Part shown: one piece after another, positions 29,374-38,662 of the stretch
Layout: each line of letters begins with the position of its first letter
Numbering within the stretch: the first letter of the stretch is position 1
Sequence record: PP919962.1
Direction: 5' to 3' (one strand)
Length of the DNA stretch: 64,000 bases
Source of the DNA: Klebsiella phage KP2025
Program-made: the position numbers and the translations under genes
The notes under the pieces: model-generated
The model's database searches: none
What the model saw: the letters and a program-made list of their open reading frames with translations, nothing else
Told to the model about the DNA's origin: nothing

Positions 29374-29649
29374 TTAAGGCAGTGGGAAGTAAATTGTATT
29401 GGACTCGTAATCGTAGTAGTATTGTACTCCAGTTTCACGAGATACACGTAGCGCCAGCTTAGCTCCTGCAATCAGTTTGTCCATTTCAGCAATCTCTTTA
29501 CGGAAGCGTGTTACGGTGTGAGAGAAAGCGCTGTGACTCACCCATTCACGATTTACACGATCACGTTTGAAGTGACGAAAATCTTCGATGACATCGTTGC
29601 GTTGTTTACGTAGTACCGCCACCAAGTAGTGGTATGGATGTTTTTTCAT
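29374..29649 (-). CDS. hypothetical protein (91 aa)
   Basis: AAGGAGG RBS. Confidence 0.5.
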   Translation of the reverse strand: MKKHPYHYLVAVLRKQRNDVIEDFRHFKRDRVNREWVSHSAFSHTVTRFRKEIAEMDKLIAGAKLALRVSRETGVQYYYDYESNTIYFPLP

Positions 29650-29660
29650 TATTTTCCTCC

Positions 29661-29939
29661 TTACTTAGGGAACACAGAGCCAGGGTTAGCTTCTTCCATT
29701 TGTAGAATCCGTTCACACATACTATACACCTCTCCGTATGTGATCTTGGTTATGCCTGTGTCGTCACAAATCATTTCACACAGTTTATTAATATCTATGC
29801 CACCGAAACGCTGCTCGGATTTACACATCTCTTCACCTTCTTTCCAGTCAACTGGAGACGGAAGGAGAATCAGTTTCCCATTAATCAGTTCAACTAGGTA
29901 ATCTGTAATATTTTCGCGCGGGGTATATTGTTCAGTCAT
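29661..29939 (-). CDS. hypothetical protein (92 aa)
   Basis: ORF. Confidence 0.5.
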   Translation of the reverse strand: MTEQYTPRENITDYLVELINGKLILLPSPVDWKEGEEMCKSEQRFGGIDINKLCEMICDDTGITKITYGEVYSMCERILQMEEANPGSVFPK

Positions 29940-29943
29940 TTTC

Positions 29944-30372
29944 TTATCCTTTCATAAATTGTTCTGCACGATCAAACCAGATAGTACAATGCTTATCAGT
30001 GGCATTCATTAAAGCATCAATAGCTTCTGCTGTCAACTCCACCGGAGTAAATTCATTTGGTCGAGCATAATACAAACCGTAAGCGTTTGAGTTACCTTCT
30101 TCAAAATGTTTCTGACGCTCTTTCAGGTCTTCAATGGTAAATCCTACCATGTATCCATCCTGTTTACAACCCCACCCAGCCTCTGATTCAATAACATTGA
30201 TATAGAAGCCATAACGACGCTCTGTAACGCCCTCTGGCGGGTTTTTAACAGAAGCCGCACCGTTTTCCCAACCTTCTTTAAAAATCGCATACAGTGAGTT
30301 ACGGAGGCTCTGGTTCATGCTTGGTGCATTCGGGTGAAGTTCTTCAAATTTGGCACGGATCACATCAGTCAT
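29944..30372 (-). CDS. hypothetical protein (142 aa)
   Basis: ORF. Confidence 0.5.
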   Translation of the reverse strand: MTDVIRAKFEELHPNAPSMNQSLRNSLYAIFKEGWENGAASVKNPPEGVTERRYGFYINVIESEAGWGCKQDGYMVGFTIEDLKERQKHFEEGNSNAYGLYYARPNEFTPVELTAEAIDALMNATDKHCTIWFDRAEQFMKG

Positions 30373-30384
30373 AAAAACCCCCTA

Positions 30385-30519
30385 TTCTAAGAGTGATAGA
30401 AGTAAGCAAACAACCTGGCAGCCCAAGAAGATGAGTCCCAAGCCAGGGTTATTGAATAGCCAAACAGCAATATTACATGCAACCATGAACATCAGGTTCA
30501 TTCCAAAGAAGACGGACAT
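30385..30519 (-). CDS. small membrane peptide (44 aa) missed by ORF track
   Basis: AAGGAGG RBS; fully hydrophobic. Confidence 0.35.
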
Positions 30520-30845
30520 TAAACACCTCCTTTTGGGATATACTCAGGCATAGGCATGTATGCTACCACTGGTTCCAGGTCAAAGTAGAAGTGACCATTG
30601 ATCACTGCAAACTTCCCACTACCACCTTGGGCCACTTCACAAACACCATATTCACCATCAGCCATGATGACAATCCAGTTGCCAAACGGCATGTTGTCGA
30701 TGCCGTCTACATCAATCCAAGGATGTTGTAAACTGTAAATTTTGTTTACGACCTCTGAGAAGTCTGGATCATACAAACCGAGGTCATGTGCAATGTTCAA
30801 CAACATTTCTTTGTACAGTTCTTCACGTACCATAGATTCAGCCAT
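30519..30845 (-). CDS. hypothetical protein (108 aa)
   Basis: ORF. Confidence 0.5.
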   Translation of the reverse strand: MAESMVREELYKEMLLNIAHDLGLYDPDFSEVVNKIYSLQHPWIDVDGIDNMPFGNWIVIMADGEYGVCEVAQGGSGKFAVINGHFYFDLEPVVAYMPMPEYIPKGGV

Positions 30846-31222
30846 TAGCGTACTTCCAAGCTTGGGATTAAGGTTTGTGGAGCAAAGATAACACGAGTGT
30901 GATCAACACTCACCTGAGCACCATCAATCTGCTCAATGAAATAGGTGGTGTCAGTAGATAGCCCCATGTAGTGTTTCTTCACAGAACCGTTCGCCTTATC
31001 ACGACAAGTGATGATTAGTGTACGATCAGTGCTACTGTTATCTTTCGCACAGTAACCTTCAATACGCATCAGCTCTTTGTCTGTACGAGTATTGATGAAG
31101 TGGGTAGAACGCAGCACTTCGAAGTTATCACCAGCGGTGGCGATGTTACGACTTGCAACGTCAGCAGCTTGTTCACAACCAGCTAAACCCAGGCATAAAG
31201 CAATCAGCAGAATCTTTTTCAT
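30845..31222 (-). CDS. lipoprotein (start set at MKKILLIAL...)
   Basis: lipobox LGLAGC; RBS AAGGAGAG supplied by end of upstream small gene. Confidence 0.55.
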   Translation of the reverse strand: MKKILLIALCLGLAGCEQAADVASRNIATAGDNFEVLRSTHFINTRTDKELMRIEGYCAKDNSSTDRTLIITCRDKANGSVKKHYMGLSTDTTYFIEQIDGAQVSVDHTRVIFAPQTLIPSLEVR

Positions 31223-31226
31223 TTTA

Positions 31227-31388
31227 CTCTCCTTCTTTATTGACAATTTTGTAGTATGGAAGTTTCTTAATCAACTCTTCCGGTGTACCGCTTTCAGACC
31301 AAGTGAATCCACCATCTAGAGAAGCGTAGCCCTTGTTACCAATGTATTTGCGCATGATAGCACGAAACTGGTTCTGATAGATAGTCAT
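31227..31388 (-). CDS. small protein (53 aa) missed by ORF track
   Basis: GGAGAATAAGTAATTATG RBS. Confidence 0.35.
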
Positions 31389-31390
31389 AA

Positions 31391-31570
31391 TTACTTATTC
31401 TCCAATGTAACGGCTGGGGCTTCTACAACCTCAAAGATATTTGGATTATCTGAAAGATCACGCTCAGTAAACGTAGAGGGCCACCAAATTATTCCGTCTT
31501 TACTGTAAGACACTCCGCCCCTTCTTACCCTATAATACCGCAGGTTGTACTTGTTTCTATAGAGAGTCAT
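31391..31570 (-). CDS. small protein (59 aa) missed by ORF track
   Basis: GAGGAAGAAAAAATG RBS. Confidence 0.35.
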   Translation of the reverse strand: MTLYRNKYNLRYYRVRRGGVSYSKDGIIWWPSTFTERDLSDNPNIFEVVEAPAVTLENK

Positions 31571-32004
31571 TTTTTCTTCCTCTTCTGCAATTTGTTGTGA
31601 CCACGACCTTTCGTAATGCGGAAGTTATAGTTCTGCTTCTCACGAGCGACTCTGGCAGACCGTGGGATGCCTGAAAAACAATCCGTAGTTTTCATATTAT
31701 AACCTTGGTTTGCATAAAAAGAAACTACCCGCTCTTCCAAAGAACCAAAATCTGCGTGTAATGGCATACCAGACCCTGTAACTTTAGTCAAAGTATCCTG
31801 ATCTTCTGAAACCGAGTCAATTACCATCCAACCTTCATCCTGCCAATCGTAGCCACGATACCAGCCAGCCATCGGATAACCTTCTTCATCCCACAACTGC
31901 CCGTTCTCCATATAAAAGAACTCGTCATCGGTGAAGCGACGGTTCTTAACACGTTTACCTTCACGCATTGCTTCTTGAGCTTGAGTCCAGTTCAGATTGT
32001 ACAT
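31567..32004 (-). CDS. hypothetical protein (145 aa)
   Basis: ORF. Confidence 0.5.
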   Translation of the reverse strand: MYNLNWTQAQEAMREGKRVKNRRFTDDEFFYMENGQLWDEEGYPMAGWYRGYDWQDEGWMVIDSVSEDQDTLTKVTGSGMPLHADFGSLEERVVSFYANQGYNMKTTDCFSGIPRSARVAREKQNYNFRITKGRGHNKLQKRKKK

Positions 32005-32372
32005 TAAAGTTTCCTCATTTTGTGAATGTGTTTAGGGGCAATATAACTTACAGTGTTAAAAATTTCCATCTCTTCTTTATCTACATGTACATTACCAGTT
32101 TCAGCACAAAACACACTTCCTAACCACACGTACATACAACGGCTATCACCAACGCCAAAGCAAGGCTTATCATTCATATCCCCAAAAATAAAATTCTCCT
32201 CTTTATTCATAGGAACACCATCAATGAACAGAATGTACCCTGCATCCTTAAGTTCTTGCATTTCAATTGCTCGTGTAAGCCCTTTCACGAAGCGACGATA
32301 TGAGAGTTTGTTTCTGAAATCACCCTCTTGAATTTCCGTTAGATGGCTTTTATTGATTTTAACATTTTTCAT
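32004..32372 (-). CDS. hypothetical protein (122 aa), first gene of leftward transcription unit
   Basis: ORF adjacent to divergent promoter region. Confidence 0.5.
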   Translation of the reverse strand: MKNVKINKSHLTEIQEGDFRNKLSYRRFVKGLTRAIEMQELKDAGYILFIDGVPMNKEENFIFGDMNDKPCFGVGDSRCMYVWLGSVFCAETGNVHVDKEEMEIFNTVSYIAPKHIHKMRKL

Positions 32373-32488
32373 GATTTGTCCTCTTGACTAGGTATGCAAC
32401 AATCTTATCAAACCGAAAAAGAAAGTCAAGACTTGACAGAAAATAAATTTCAGATAAGATGAAGCTATCTTAACAAAAGGAGGAACCC
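32373..32488. promoter_or_regulatory. divergent promoter region at strand switch
   Basis: leftward TTGACT-16-TAAGAT on minus strand; rightward TTGACA plus palindrome TAAGAT-gaagct-ATCTTA before RBS AAGGAGG of 32489 gene. Confidence 0.45.
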
Positions 32489-32719
32489 ATGAAGAAACTT
32501 ATTCTGATCGCAGCACTGCTGCTTGCTGGTTGTGACGCTTACACCGATGATGTAAGTGGTCGTTATGAACTGCCTAAAGGTCTAAAAGATTGTGAAGTGT
32601 ATCGTATGACCGCCTCACGAGGCAAAGATCTTTATGTTGTACGTTGTCCTAACAGCACAACTGGTGTATCATACACTGAAAACAAAAACACGGTATCCAC
32701 CACAACCATTTCGGAGTAA
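32489..32719 (+). CDS. small lipoprotein (76 aa)
   Basis: lipobox LLLAGC. Confidence 0.55.
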   Translation: MKKLILIAALLLAGCDAYTDDVSGRYELPKGLKDCEVYRMTASRGKDLYVVRCPNSTTGVSYTENKNTVSTTTISE

Positions 32720-32721
32720 TA

Positions 32722-33015
32722 ATGAATATCACTGCGTCTACTAAGAACATCTCAGAAACCGCAGAAGGTTATGGCATCATTATTGCCATTCACGGTGTTA
32801 ATGAGAAGTGGTTAGCTTCTTTCGAGGAGGACGAAGAGCGCAACATTCGTCTGGATGCACCAATCAAGGTGCTGCATCAAATTGGTGAGGAGAAGACATG
32901 CTTGCGTTCATATCAAGAGTGGAGTGTCACCAACGAGTTGATTAAAATGCTTGACTTTGTGATCGACTTGTTCGATACTGCACCTACCGAAACGAAGAAA
33001 GTGTTGGCATTCTAA
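32722..33015 (+). CDS. hypothetical protein (97 aa)
   Basis: ORF with RBS. Confidence 0.5.
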   Translation: MNITASTKNISETAEGYGIIIAIHGVNEKWLASFEEDEERNIRLDAPIKVLHQIGEEKTCLRSYQEWSVTNELIKMLDFVIDLFDTAPTETKKVLAF

Positions 33016-33028
33016 GAGGAGAACTCAA

Positions 33029-33499
33029 ATGGCTATTCCTGATTACGCAGACGAACGTTCATACGGTAACTTTAGTCGTGGTTTTGTTGGCACAGCACAC
33101 GGGGACAATGGTTCTAGTTATCGCACCAGTTGGAATACCCAGTGTGATGCAGAACCCACTAAAATGATTCTCACATATGGGCGTCCAGTATGCGCCTATT
33201 GTGGTAATATGGGCTTGGCTCTTCAACCCAATATTGATCGGTTCCGGGACTACGACGTCGTAGGTTACACTTGCGTATGCAAGGATGCTATGGATGAAGC
33301 AGAGTGGCGAAACGAAATGATAGCTCTTCAAAATAAGCATGAAGAAGAAATCCAAGCATTAAAATGTCGTGAGCCAAAGACAAACCCAGATGTAATTAAA
33401 CGCATCATTACACGCTTGACAAGCAAGCTTGAAGACGCTAAAACTATGTCAGAAGTGCAAGATATCCTAGAACAACTAAAAGCTGTACGCGAGGAGTAA
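33029..33499 (+). CDS. hypothetical Cys-rich protein (156 aa)
   Basis: CAYCGN...CVCKD. Confidence 0.5.
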   Translation: MAIPDYADERSYGNFSRGFVGTAHGDNGSSYRTSWNTQCDAEPTKMILTYGRPVCAYCGNMGLALQPNIDRFRDYDVVGYTCVCKDAMDEAEWRNEMIALQNKHEEEIQALKCREPKTNPDVIKRIITRLTSKLEDAKTMSEVQDILEQLKAVREE

Positions 33500-33503
33500 G
33501 AAT

Positions 33504-33896
33504 ATGAAGAATGAGAAAGGCGATACCATTACCGAAGTGATCCTGGAGAAAGAAGATGTGTTGGATCTGGATACTACTCTCGCCACCATCATTTTTCAGG
33601 GGTTGTGTCAGTTCCGGGTAGTGATTGCAAATGATCCATTCCGCGCTGTTCCTAGTCTGCTGTTGCGTGAGATGTTCCCAACTGTTTCACAGGGAGAGCA
33701 TACGGAAGAACAAATTGAACAGGCTGATAAAGAGTGGTTGCGGATTGTTGACCGCATGATTGAGGCATTTGATCAGAGCAAAGGCATCATTCATCATTCA
33801 GACCCTTATTATGTTGCAAAACGTACAGAACGTCTTGACATTGAACGAGAAGGGCGTATACTCTTTGCTAAATACTTCAACAGCCTCTATAACTAA
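33504..33896 (+). CDS. hypothetical protein (130 aa)
   Basis: ORF. Confidence 0.5.
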   Translation: MKNEKGDTITEVILEKEDVLDLDTTLATIIFQGLCQFRVVIANDPFRAVPSLLLREMFPTVSQGEHTEEQIEQADKEWLRIVDRMIEAFDQSKGIIHHSDPYYVAKRTERLDIEREGRILFAKYFNSLYN

Positions 33897-33905
33897 GGAG
33901 AAAAT

Positions 33906-34241
33906 ATGTTTAGCCCAAACGTACTGGAAATGTTTGAACACTTGGTTGATAATGATATTGACGTGTCTTTGCATAAACGCGAAGATGGGATTTACTACGC
34001 TGATCTACATAGCTTAGCTAAGAGCCACTTGCACGTTTTCGAGCAAAATGGTAAAGTGGTGTTTGATATGCGTTATGGCAGACAGGAAGAGGTTTCTCGT
34101 GAGGAAGATGCAGAAGCTCTTCTTTACCAAGCTGCTTGCTGCTTCGCTTACCACTGTATCTGTGGGCGTAGCTTCGGTAATCATGCGTGGAATAAACTTT
34201 GTAGAGAATTGGATATTACCGTTAATTATGGAGAACTGTAA
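33906..34241 (+). CDS. hypothetical protein (111 aa)
   Basis: ORF. Confidence 0.5.
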   Translation: MFSPNVLEMFEHLVDNDIDVSLHKREDGIYYADLHSLAKSHLHVFEQNGKVVFDMRYGRQEEVSREEDAEALLYQAACCFAYHCICGRSFGNHAWNKLCRELDITVNYGEL

Positions 34242-34483
34242 TGAACTTCGGTAAAGGTCAGAAGATAACGGTTTATTGCGAAGACGATATGATCTTTGCA
34301 CTGGAACTGCTTGAAGATGCAGGTTTCAAATGGATCAACGGTAATGAGAAGCCGACAGAATGGCTTCCACATGAAAAAATTGCTGGACATACGTTTCCTG
34401 ATAGCATAAACTGGCATTCAGACGGCAAGATTTGCCGAGGAAACTATCCGTCAGGTAAAGAGTGGACGACGAGGGTATTTTGA
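34241..34483 (+). CDS. hypothetical protein (80 aa)
   Basis: ORF, ATGA overlap with upstream gene. Confidence 0.5.
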   Translation: MNFGKGQKITVYCEDDMIFALELLEDAGFKWINGNEKPTEWLPHEKIAGHTFPDSINWHSDGKICRGNYPSGKEWTTRVF

Positions 34484-34731
34484 TTAAAGTTAAAAAGAAA
34501 ATGATCTCCGAAGATGCAGCAGACCATTTGTACCTCTGCGGCAAGGTATGGCGTGAGTACGTCGCTGGTAAGGAAGTAGTGGTTGTCACCGAACATAAGA
34601 TCTGCGCCACAGAGTTATTCGGAGATTATTATAAAATAATCAAGTTAGGTATTGACAAAGGACTAGTACAACTAGTAACCTTGTCTCAAGTTAAAGCAGA
34701 ACACTTTGATAAGTGTTTGGTAGAATTCTAG
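34462..34731 (+). CDS. hypothetical protein (GTG start; alternative ATG at 34501)
   Basis: ORF; start ambiguous. Confidence 0.4.
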   Translation: MDDEGILIKVKKKMISEDAADHLYLCGKVWREYVAGKEVVVVTEHKICATELFGDYYKIIKLGIDKGLVQLVTLSQVKAEHFDKCLVEF

Positions 34732-34745
34732 CAGAGGGGACTGAC

Positions 34746-35138
34746 ATGGATAAACAATTAGAAGTAAAAGCAAGTGAATTACTCGTCAAAATGATCGATG
34801 TTACCGTTCAATCCGTTAGTGATGTAGTTGAATTTGGTAAGCAGCAAATACCAGAGGTTATTCATCAGCTTCTGATGTGGAATGCACTCAAAGCCAGTAT
34901 CTGGGTGGTTGTTGCAGTAGTATTCAGCATCTTTCTCTGTACAGTGGTTAACCGTGCGAAGCCTGTACTCAACGAGTCAGAATCCGGTTTCGGTACTTTC
35001 ATACAGATTCTGGGTTGGCTGATTGCGATGGTAGTTGGCGGATCGGTGTTCATGATTAACTTGCTGCAAGCAGCATACATCTTGATTGCACCGAAGGTAT
35101 GGCTCATTGAATACGCAGCAGAGTTGATTAAAAAATGA
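34746..35138 (+). CDS. membrane protein (about 3 TM)
   Basis: GAGGGG RBS before ATG 34746. Confidence 0.5.
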   Translation: MDKQLEVKASELLVKMIDVTVQSVSDVVEFGKQQIPEVIHQLLMWNALKASIWVVVAVVFSIFLCTVVNRAKPVLNESESGFGTFIQILGWLIAMVVGGSVFMINLLQAAYILIAPKVWLIEYAAELIKK

Positions 35139-35338
35139 CAGAATTATTTATTCAAAAACTAACCTTGGTAGTCTTTTTGATTGGTTGGTTGTGTGGCTCC
35201 ATCTGGTTCTGGTTCAAAGGGGATTGGGTGATAAGGAAAGACTTTGTTTTATCCTTTTTGGCTGGTCTTATATGTAGCGCGGGAGCAATCATAACAGTTT
35301 ACAGTATTATTTTCACAGTCTTATTTTTAATTTCATAA
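35135..35338 (+). CDS. small membrane protein (67 aa)
   Basis: two TM helices. Confidence 0.45.
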   Translation: MTELFIQKLTLVVFLIGWLCGSIWFWFKGDWVIRKDFVLSFLAGLICSAGAIITVYSIIFTVLFLIS

Positions 35339-35347
35339 GGAGGCAAT

Positions 35348-36472
35348 GTGTCATACACAATTTATGGGGATATTGCAGTAGTGGATAAAGAGGCGGGTGT
35401 TAAGAGTGAAACTCTCCCCGCTGGTTTCTGGACAGTGAGCCGTGATCCACTGGGGAACTACTTCCTGAGTCGTGGTGATTTGACAGGCGTACCAAGCGTC
35501 TTGTATGGTGAAACAGAGAAACGTGCCGCGCATATCATTTCCACCTACAAACGTCGTGCAGAGCAGGGCAAGAACACAGGTGTTCTCCTGTCAGGCACAA
35601 AAGGTAGCGGTAAAACCATGCTGGCTAAAGTAATTAGCCGTAAGCTCGCCGCCGAAGGTTTGCCAGTGATTATGGTAACGCAAGCGTATAGCGATGCCAA
35701 CTTCATTGAACTGATGAGCAAGATTGCAGAAAAAGCCATCATCATCTTCGATGAGTTTGACAAAGTGTACGAGAAGAAACAGGATCAGGAGGCGCTGTTA
35801 ACGCTTCTGGATGGAACTGGTAGCGGTAATAAACTATTCATTCTCACGAAGAATAGTGGTTTTATCTCCGAGTTCTTCCTGAACCGTCCAAGCCGTGTGT
35901 TCTATAGTTTCAACTATGATAAGATCTCCTTGGAAACAATGCTTGATTATCTGGATAAGAATCTGGATAATAAGGAGCATCAGGCAAGCTTCCAGCGTCT
36001 GTGGGATGTGAGTTTAGAACTCTCCTTCGATGTGATTCAAGGCATCGTGGAAGAGCTTAACTTCTACAAAGACATGACCTTCAAAGCATGTCTGGATATG
36101 ATGGGTATTTCCCTGGGCGGTGAAGCCAAGTGGGATATCAGTAGTATCACCGTGAACGGCAAACTGGCAGAAGTGAACTGGGTTAGCAACTGGCATGGAT
36201 TCAATCCAATGTCATTCCTGAGTGGCATCAAAACCCTTGATGTTTACCTGCGTCCGGCAACGCAGGACAATCAGGAAGCATTCGAAGACTGTTCCGCAGT
36301 CACCATCGATGACGAAGGTGATCCACGCATTCACCTGAACGCCACGAAGTGGAAAACAGACCTGATTGCAGGTGGTAAACTGGTGGTTTACAGTGATGTG
36401 CCAGGTGATAGTTTCCGAATTGTGTTAGAGCCAAGTACAACACGTTCAGCAAATCTGTCACTGCTTTACTAA
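35348..36472 (+). CDS. AAA+ ATPase (paralog 2, GTG start)
   Basis: Walker A GVLLSGTKGSGKT, Walker B IIIFDEFDKV; AAGGAGG RBS; collinear with 16217..17377 over full length. Confidence 0.7.
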   Translation: MSYTIYGDIAVVDKEAGVKSETLPAGFWTVSRDPLGNYFLSRGDLTGVPSVLYGETEKRAAHIISTYKRRAEQGKNTGVLLSGTKGSGKTMLAKVISRKLAAEGLPVIMVTQAYSDANFIELMSKIAEKAIIIFDEFDKVYEKKQDQEALLTLLDGTGSGNKLFILTKNSGFISEFFLNRPSRVFYSFNYDKISLETMLDYLDKNLDNKEHQASFQRLWDVSLELSFDVIQGIVEELNFYKDMTFKACLDMMGISLGGEAKWDISSITVNGKLAEVNWVSNWHGFNPMSFLSGIKTLDVYLRPATQDNQEAFEDCSAVTIDDEGDPRIHLNATKWKTDLIAGGKLVVYSDVPGDSFRIVLEPSTTRSANLSLLY

Positions 36473-36476
36473 AATA

Positions 36477-36497
36477 AGCCCCGGAAGGGGCTTTCTT
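36477..36497 (+). terminator. rho-independent terminator (AGCCCC-GGAA-GGGGCT + TTCTT)
   Basis: GC stem with tetraloop followed by T-rich tract. Confidence 0.5.
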
Positions 36498-36513
36498 CAT
36501 GTGGAGGGTTAAA

Positions 36514-36861
36514 ATGAAAGTAGAAGTTGCAGTTGCAGTTGTACGTTGGGAAGAAGTAGACCTCGTAGAAGCAATGGAGTTTCATCGTATTGCTTGGGAC
36601 TATGACATTATTACAGGTAATTTTGCAGAACGCTACTATCCTGCGGAGAGGGATGATGTTATTCTGGAGATAAACCAAGAGCTAGTTAATACATGGGGTG
36701 GAGGTAATGACAGCCATAGTATTGCATGGTTGGAGTGTGCTTCGTTATTACCTATTCTTGAAGGTCTGCGCGGCAGTGATATTAAACGTGCAGTGGTACA
36801 GTATGTTAAAGACAATATCGAACGTGTGATTGACACAAATAAAACAGGAGGTTATTGGTGA
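36514..36861 (+). CDS. hypothetical protein (115 aa)
   Basis: GGAGGG RBS. Confidence 0.5.
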   Translation: MKVEVAVAVVRWEEVDLVEAMEFHRIAWDYDIITGNFAERYYPAERDDVILEINQELVNTWGGGNDSHSIAWLECASLLPILEGLRGSDIKRAVVQYVKDNIERVIDTNKTGGYW

Positions 36862-37475
36862 AATTTGATAACCTAATCGTAGTGGGTATGCGAGACAAAA
36901 TACCGGAAGGGTTTACAGTGGTTAACACTACGAGTCGTGATAAAGAGGGCTATGGACAGCAGCTTAGCCCGTTCTATTTACGTAATATACCAATGTACGA
37001 TGGCATAATAGCAAAGAATATGGAGAACGCCTGGCAGTTTAGTAAAGTGTACGAAGAGCACGTAGACGAGAATGGTGATCCGACGGAAGCGTATTACACG
37101 TGGGCGCGAGCTGGTTGGGCCAACTGGAGAGCAGAACGCTACCCTATGGGTAAGGGTAGAAAGCCTCTATACAACCTATGGGACGGCAAGAAACTGGACT
37201 ACATCTCCGCTCGTCGTAATCTCTACTTCCCAATGTACGCTCGTGCAGTGGTGCAAACAGAAACGTTCAAAGATCTGTGGAAACGGGTTAATGATGGTGA
37301 AAAGATTGCACTATTGGACTTTGACGGCTATCATTACCAAAAGTTAAGTATGGATTATTATGATGTAATTCATGCTGAGGACAAAAAGTGTGGTCATGGT
37401 TTCGTTATCTACGGGTTAATTCAAAGAGAACTAATTCTAAGTGGCGACCGACTTTTCCTACCAATGCTAGGCTAA
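36858..37475 (+). CDS. hypothetical protein (205 aa, GTG start)
   Basis: ORF; no confident motif. Confidence 0.5.
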   Translation: MKFDNLIVVGMRDKIPEGFTVVNTTSRDKEGYGQQLSPFYLRNIPMYDGIIAKNMENAWQFSKVYEEHVDENGDPTEAYYTWARAGWANWRAERYPMGKGRKPLYNLWDGKKLDYISARRNLYFPMYARAVVQTETFKDLWKRVNDGEKIALLDFDGYHYQKLSMDYYDVIHAEDKKCGHGFVIYGLIQRELILSGDRLFLPMLG

Positions 37476-38060
37476 CCTGATATTATCTGATATTTTAAAA
37501 ATTTTATTTTTAGAATAAAGGGGGCGGGGGTTCAGATTTCCAGAGCCTCCAGCTTTCTAATCTAAATTACTACGTATTCTTAATAAATGATAACCGAATG
37601 TTCTCCCTACTTAAAACCAATTTGGAGCGAACATTTTTTGTTGCATAAACAGGTCATAAAACATAACCCTACCTTAGTTATAGAACAAATCAAAGGAAAA
37701 GTTTCTAAAATTATTTAAAGTTTCTACAGATTTCTTTGAACTTTTACCTAAAAACAAAATTTAAAATTTCCCTAAATTATTTAAACTTTTTCTGTATCTT
37801 ACTACAGAAAAAACGTAAACTAAAATTTAAAATTTCCAAAAAATTCCCCAATTATTAAAAGTTTTTCAACTTTTCGATCTGCATTTTTCCAAAAGCAAAA
37901 TTTAGAATTCTCTAAAAATTTCCAGATGCATATGATAATCATTATTATTTGCAAATGAGAATCATTCCCATTTAAAAAGTTGAATGAGAATCATTCTCAT
38001 CTACAAACCGAAATGATTCTCATTCGCATCTGCGGAATGACAGGCAGGTTCGGTGTTTGT
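37476..38060. repeat. AT-rich non-coding island with direct repeats and palindromes (ori / regulator-site candidate)
   Basis: AAAATTTAAAATTTCC at 37757 and 37822, variant at 37897; Fur-box-like TGATAATCATTATTAT at 37933; ATGAGAAT-C-ATTCTCAT perfect palindrome at 37984-38000; related half-sites at 37955 and 38012. Confidence 0.6.
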
Positions 38061-38063
38061 CTC
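38042..38063 (-). repeat. 22-nt repeat GAGACAAACACCGAACCTGCCT (inverted partner of 49354..49375)
   Basis: exact 22/22 match in opposite orientation, both followed by AATGAGAAT. Confidence 0.7.
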
Positions 38064-38246
38064 GCGATTCCCGTTACCCCTCGCCATGTAGAAATAATAA
38101 CACAACCAACACCAGGATCAAGCGTCTTTACATTTCTTTACAAAACTCATTAAGGCGATCTACCGGCGATCTACCTTACATCCAGTGCCCTGGTATGCTA
38201 GCCCCGTTTAACGCCAGGGGCGGCGCTTCCTCTTCTGTATGTGATG

Positions 38247-38276
38247 ATTATAGCCCAGCTTGCGCCAGGCTGTCAA
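38247..38276 (-). promoter_or_regulatory. leftward sigma70-like promoter (TTGACA-18-TATAAT) reading into the non-coding island
   Basis: minus-strand TTGACAGCCTGGCGCAAGCTGGGCTATAAT. Confidence 0.45.
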
Positions 38277-38281
38277 CACGT

Positions 38282-38476
38282 TTAATGAGAATCCTGGGAC
38301 AATCTTTTCTCGATCTCTCGTTTAGCCCGCTCCAGGCCTATCTCACCTTTATAGCCGATGATAGCGCAACGTGTGGAATGTGTGATCCCTGTCTTATACA
38401 CGTCATAACCGTATCCAACAATCTTTACCCAATATTTACCGCAAGGTGATTCGTAAGCAATATCTGACTCTTTCAT
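38282..38476 (-). CDS. hypothetical protein (64 aa)
   Basis: GAGG RBS 9 nt before ATG; preferred over the overlapping plus-strand ORF. Confidence 0.4.
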   Translation of the reverse strand: MKESDIAYESPCGKYWVKIVGYGYDVYKTGITHSTRCAIIGYKGEIGLERAKREIEKRLSQDSH

Positions 38477-38581
38477 TTTATTAACCTCGTTATGCCTCCA
38501 CCGTGGCGGCTTGATAACTACTATATACTAATGAAGGTAAAACGCAAGCGAAAAGATTTAGAAAATATTTGCATCCAAGTA

Positions 38582-38610
38582 TTGACGCGAGGATCACACC
38601 GAGCTATTAT
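38582..38610 (+). promoter_or_regulatory. sigma70-like promoter TTGACG-17-TATTAT
   Basis: upstream of 38663 gene. Confidence 0.5.
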
Positions 38611-38662
38611 TTCCTACACAAGGCGAGGCGATAGGCGCTGCGCGCACTAGGAAGAAAAGAAA

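Noticed and set aside
37750-37930. Possible CRISPR array (short direct repeats AAAATTTAAAATTTCC)
   Set aside because: The repeats are AT-rich, only 16 nt long, irregularly spaced and imperfect, with no cas genes. They fit iterons or an ori rather than CRISPR.
37932-38030. Assigning the palindromes definitively as host Fur boxes
   Set aside because: The match to the Fur consensus is good for one site, but the others carry GAGAAT rather than GATAAT hexamers. They may bind a different (possibly phage) dimeric factor or be origin elements, so the Fur assignment is kept as a hypothesis only.
38057-38449. 130-aa plus-strand ORF in the six-frame track
   Set aside because: It has no RBS, an implausible composition (Ser/Arg/Cys-rich), and spans a strong leftward promoter. 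It overlaps a better-supported minus-strand gene (38282..38476, with RBS). Most likely non-coding.
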